Positions 17,819 through 20,818 of a stretch of 20,818 nt of DNA are shown here, piece after piece. Under the pieces are notes generated by a model. That model saw only the letters and a program-made list of their open reading frames with translations, did not search any database and had not been told where the DNA came from. Location: the NCBI GenBank assembly GCA_018238545.1, contig JABCTC010000053.1, forward strand, positions 1 through 20,818. The letters are read 5' to 3'. Position numbers and translations under genes: made by a program. Each line of letters starts with the position of its first letter. Positions within the stretch are counted from its first letter, which is position 1. This DNA comes from Candidatus Heimdallarchaeota archaeon (GTDB lineage Archaea; Asgardarchaeota; Heimdallarchaeia; Heimdallarchaeales; Heimdallarchaeaceae).

Positions 17819-18383
17819 TTACGAACTTCAAAATAAACATGAACTGTCAAGACATATAGATGCTTTGCAATTAGCACCATAGTGCAATTAGCACACTTAT
17901 TATAAACACAATGACCCCTATTACCAAAACAACCATAAATATCGCTAATATTGCTAAGATAAGCACAAGAATTGATTTTATTTTTGTATTTTGAAATATT
18001 TCAGTATTAAAGAGATTCTTTGCATTTTTCTTAACTTGATCGAAATAACTAATTTATTCTTCTACTATTTTCACTTTACCATTGAGATAGCTTCTAGAAA
18101 GAATGCAGAAAGAGAGAAAGATTAGAAAAACACCTCCCAGTATTGTAACTGAAATTGCGAAATATAGAAACCAATCAAAATAACCAGATAACCAGATATT
18201 GTATCCGAGGAAGGCATCAAAACCTGACAAAAGAGTAATACCTAAAATTATCCCCCCAAAAGGTGTTTTATTTGTCGCTCTGTCCAAAATACCAGACATT
18301 TTTGTTTTTAATGAACTATCCTCAGAATTAGGTGGGGATGTTTTTTCTTCATTCTCTGAAATATCATTCTTCAATATAAACAA
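17815..18383 (-). pseudogene. Multi-TM membrane protein gene interrupted by an in-frame TAA (18056-18054) and probably a 17-nt duplication
   Basis: The 18383-18054 frame continues for 60 sense codons past the TAA (ISYFDQVKK...SILVLILAILAIFMVVLVIGVIVFIISVLIALWC) to 17871. Removing one period of the repeat at 17866-17894 extends it to a TAG at 17817-17815. Confidence 0.55.
17866..17894. repeat. 12-bp direct repeat TGCAATTAGCAC x2 with a 17-nt period
   Basis: Exact copies at 17866-17877 and 17883-17894; each is quasi-palindromic (TGC-N5-GCA). Confidence 0.8.
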
Positions 18384-18672
18384 CCTCTTCCAGGATACTA
18401 GGACCTATGTAGGGACTAAGAGCTTCTTTAGTAACTAGATTAACTTTAACCTGAAATAAATCTTCAAGGAAATGAAGTAAATTCATGAGATTGTCGAAAT
18501 TCTTCTTACCAATTTCAAATTCAACCAATACATCGAGATCACTCATAATTTCTTGTTCTTCCCTAACATAGGAACCAAAGATACCGATATTTTTGATTCC
18601 AAAAGATTGAATTGTAACTACGTTATTACGTAAGACCTCAAGAATTCTTGTGAGATTGAGTTTGTCTTCCAT
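18364..18672 (-). CDS. Minimal nucleotidyltransferase (MNT/MntA-type antitoxin), orphan
   Basis: GIFGS-YVREEQEIMS-DLD fits GSx10DxD; the third acidic position reads KVNLV rather than KVDLV. ATG 18672 lies ~23 nt after a TATA-like box (track start is GTG 18687). Confidence 0.9.
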   Translation of the reverse strand: MEDKLNLTRILEVLRNNVVTIQSFGIKNIGIFGSYVREEQEIMSDLDVLVEFEIGKKNFDNLMNLLHFLEDLFQVKVNLVTKEALSPYIGPSILEEVVYIEE

Positions 18673-18683
18673 TACTAGAAATA

Positions 18684-18746
18684 TCACTGCAAGATATTAA
18701 ATAGATTTCGAAGATATAGAATGAGTATCTTGTAATATCGTTTCAA
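18684..18746 (-). pseudogene. Probable N-terminal remnant of a HEPN/DUF86 toxin gene (MKRYYK...)
   Basis: TTG overlaps the MNT stop (TTGA) and reads MKRYYKILILYL..., resembling DUF86 starts such as MTREYKLYL in the neighbouring gene. Only 20 sense codons. Confidence 0.4.
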
Positions 18747-19039
18747 ATCCTAACAACCTCGGAATAAATATAGTCTCGAAATTCTTCACGTACAGCTCTT
18801 TCAGAAACAATGTCAACTTTGATGTTCAATTTTCCCTCAAGAAAGTCTGCTAAACCAACGAGATCAAATAAAGATGCTCCATCAAGAAACTTGACCAATA
18901 GATCGATATCACTTGTTGGTTTCTGTTCATCACGGACAAATGAACCAAAAATACCAATAATTTCAGCTTTATATCTGTCTCTGATTAAGCTTTCAAGATT
19001 TTTTATGATATTAATCACAGAGTCTAGCTTTCTTTCCAT
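18743..19039 (-). CDS. Minimal nucleotidyltransferase (MNT/MntA-type antitoxin), orphan
   Basis: GIFGS-FVRDEQKPTS-DID, SLFDLVGL..FLE, KVDIVS. Own TATA box TTTATATA at 19068-19061. Confidence 0.93.
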   Translation of the reverse strand: MERKLDSVINIIKNLESLIRDRYKAEIIGIFGSFVRDEQKPTSDIDLLVKFLDGASLFDLVGLADFLEGKLNIKVDIVSERAVREEFRDYIYSEVVRI

Positions 19040-19080
19040 ACAATAAATTAGAATTCAATCTATATAAATGACGAGTCTTG

Positions 19081-19422
19081 TTAATTATCTATATGGTTCA
19101 ATATCTCTTTTACGGCTTCTTCTAGTTCAAGGATTCTATCAGAGATTATTTCCCAAACAACATCAAGATTTGTCACAAAATCAGTAGTTATTATATCTCT
19201 TAACCTAGTTATTTTTCTCCAGTCAATATTTTCTTTCGTTTCCCTGATCTCTTTAGGGATATTTCTTGAAGCTTCAGCAATAATTCCAAGATTACGAACA
19301 ACAGCATCTTGAACGAGTGAATTTGCAGAAAATTCTTCAAAACTCAACACACCTATGTAATCACCTATTTTTGCAATAGAATCGAGTATATCTGATAAAT
19401 ACAGTTTATATTCCCTTGTCAT
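19081..19422 (-). CDS. HEPN/DUF86 (HepT-like) protein with a degenerate RNase motif
   Basis: YLSDILDSI...DAVVRNLGIIAEA..IP...IDWRKI..LRD...LDVVWEII is DUF86-like, but the Rx4HxY motif reads RDIITTDF (track start 19428). Confidence 0.88.
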   Translation of the reverse strand: MTREYKLYLSDILDSIAKIGDYIGVLSFEEFSANSLVQDAVVRNLGIIAEASRNIPKEIRETKENIDWRKITRLRDIITTDFVTNLDVVWEIISDRILELEEAVKEILNHIDN

Positions 19423-19455
19423 AAACAATACCTTCCATGAGCTATTTTCCCCTTC

Positions 19456-19818
19456 TTATGACAGAAAAGGTTTGATTATTTTTACTAGTTCTAACATATC
19501 AGAATTAGGATCTCCTTTCATTGGACTTTCTACCGCGTCTTTTTCTCCTCTTCTATGTAAATGATGTGGAGCAGTATTAACTTTCCATTGTTGATCATAG
19601 TTGTCATATCGAATTCTGTCAAATTTCCTGTTTGAGAAATTTAGCTGGTAAGAATATTCATCAAAATCGTTATAACGAATATAAAGAATTAATCCATTAA
19701 CAAATTCTATTGTTAGAACTGGTCGTTCTTCTGAAAAGGTTTGACTAAATATAGAAATAGAAAGTTTCTCTTGTAAGATAATAACAGCTTTTTGAAGTTT
19801 GGATAAATAGTTCAACAC
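19456..19818 (-). CDS. DUF6516 / TumE-like putative toxin
   Basis: YSYQ...RIRYDNYD..W.V.TAPHHLH matches the RxDN...PHHxH pattern of the family. Starts 8 nt downstream of a small helical partner gene. Confidence 0.75.
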   Translation of the reverse strand: MLNYLSKLQKAVIILQEKLSISIFSQTFSEERPVLTIEFVNGLILYIRYNDFDEYSYQLNFSNRKFDRIRYDNYDQQWKVNTAPHHLHRRGEKDAVESPMKGDPNSDMLELVKIIKPFLS

Positions 19819-19826
19819 TAAAACCT

Positions 19827-20060
19827 CTATAGGTTTTTTAGAAGTCTTTGTAGTTTCTTCTGCTCTTGAATTAACTGTTTCAGTTCTATAGCATCGTTCT
19901 CTGATTCATCTAATTTCCCTGTTTTAGAATTTTCTAGAAAACTATCTATAGATGTTTCGGACCATTTTTCGAGAACCCTTGAAATCTCTCTCTGTATGTT
20001 TCTAAGTTTATATTGTATAAGATCTTCAGCATCAGATCTATCTAATGAAACTGTGGTCAT
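19827..20060 (-). CDS. Small helical protein, putative TumA-like antitoxin
   Basis: Coiled-coil-like, ...LEKW....IDSFLE...G.L.ESENDAIEL..L. Directly upstream of the DUF6516 gene. TATA TTTTTATA at 20096-20089 favours ATG 20060 over 20081. Confidence 0.6.
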   Translation of the reverse strand: MTTVSLDRSDAEDLIQYKLRNIQREISRVLEKWSETSIDSFLENSKTGKLDESENDAIELKQLIQEQKKLQRLLKNL

Positions 20061-20121
20061 CCTTATCAGTAAACTAATCATTCTAAACTATAAAAACTCT
20101 CTTTAATAATAGAATAAAGAG

Positions 20122-20144
20122 ATATACCTTACAAGAAGGTATAT
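20122..20144. promoter_or_regulatory. Perfect 9-bp inverted repeat, candidate operator
   Basis: ATATACCTT-ACAAG-AAGGTATAT, ~25 nt upstream of the TA promoter in the divergent intergenic region. Confidence 0.4.
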
Positions 20145-20361
20145 TATCCTAGTTTCAAGAGGTAAGGAGCGAGATACAGGCACAGCCACCTTCTCGTAAG
20201 ATATGTTTGTTTGACAAGAACAAGGCTTGTTAGAAAGTCCTACTTATGAGATATACTGTTTTAGTAAGAGATGTATAACATAGCTATTAATGGTTAAATT
20301 CGAGTTAATATAAACAGATGATAAGTTTATATAAAATAAAACAATTAGTGAAGTGTTTGGA

Positions 20362-20818
20362 ATGAACAAGGATTTACTAGTGAAAGATTTTTTTCCTGTA
20401 AACGAAGTTAGTGAAGAGTCTATTGTTGAAAAGAATGGACGTCCGCCAATTTTTGAACTGCATTACTGGTGGACTCGTAAACCTTTGGTTGTTTCAAGAG
20501 CGAGTATTTTAATGAATTCTGTAACTAAAGAAATAAACAATAAACAAATCAAAAGTATCTTGGGACTTGAGGAAACAATTAAACAGAGAAAAAAAAGAGC
20601 TTATAATAAGGATATTACTAACCAATTAGTATTACTAAAATCAGAATATGATAAAGTTTTTGAAAAATCTTCTCCTACGCTATTAGATCCCTTTGCAGGT
20701 GGTGGTTCTATACCTTTTGAAGCTCTACGTTTAGGATTTAATGTTATTGCTTCTGATTACAATCCTGTAGCTTGGATAATACTAAAAGCAACACTTGAAT
20801 ATCCTAAGAAATTCGGAA
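20362..20818 (+). CDS. DUF1156-family adenine-specific DNA methyltransferase, 5' part (runs off the window; absent from the ORF track)
   Basis: Translates MNKDLLVKDFFPVNEVSEESIVEKNGRPPIFELHYWWTRKPLVVSRA...LLDPFAGGGSIPFEALRLGFNVIASDYNPVAWIILKATLEYPKKFG. TATA TTTATATA at 20326-20333. Confidence 0.92.
   Translation, partial: MNKDLLVKDFFPVNEVSEESIVEKNGRPPIFELHYWWTRKPLVVSRASILMNSVTKEINNKQIKSILGLEETIKQRKKRAYNKDITNQLVLLKSEYDKVFEKSSPTLLDPFAGGGSIPFEALRLGFNVIASDYNPVAWIILKATLEYPKKFG

Noticed and set aside
807-19046. Many 60-100 aa antisense or alternative-frame ORFs in the track (e.g. 807, 995, 4234, 9094, 9700, 10497, 12531, 16212, 17308, 18199, 18810)
   Set aside because: They are shadows of well-supported genes, with no motifs or independent start signals.
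20161-20283. Stop-riddled frame QEQGLLESPTYEIY resembling an Mrr N-terminal winged-helix relic
   Set aside because: The match is too short and interrupted to support without a tBLASTn/HMM search.

Overview
AT-rich archaeal chromosomal window. The BRE/TATA promoters, GGTGA-type Shine-Dalgarno sites, V4R-like protein and C-terminally anchored surface-protein style suggest an Asgard archaeon, probably Heimdallarchaeia-like; this is an inference and was not database-checked. There are three blocks. (i) 1-3000: a double zinc-ribbon protein, a divergent DRG/OBG-family TGS GTPase, a stand-alone Lrp/AsnC ligand-binding domain and a winged-helix + V4R-like gene pair. (ii) 3200-17800: a cell-surface cluster with five signal-peptide + C-terminal-anchor proteins (two FN3-like repeat proteins with PEF-type sorting tails, a lamin-tail/Ig/EEP-nuclease/FN3 protein, two unknown), a heterodimeric asymmetric ABC exporter and two SAM methyltransferases. 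(iii) 17800-end: the edge of a defence island with a broken membrane-protein gene, two MNT antitoxins whose HEPN partners appear deleted, a HEPN lacking its catalytic His, a TumE/TumA-like (DUF6516) pair and the 5' part of a DUF1156 DNA methyltransferase. The most interesting unannotated element is a ~240-nt leader upstream of the GTPase. It has its own TATA box, an 8-codon uORF and mutually exclusive 1:2 / 2:3 / 3:4 helices, so it is a candidate ribosome-sensing attenuator controlling a ribosome-associated GTPase.
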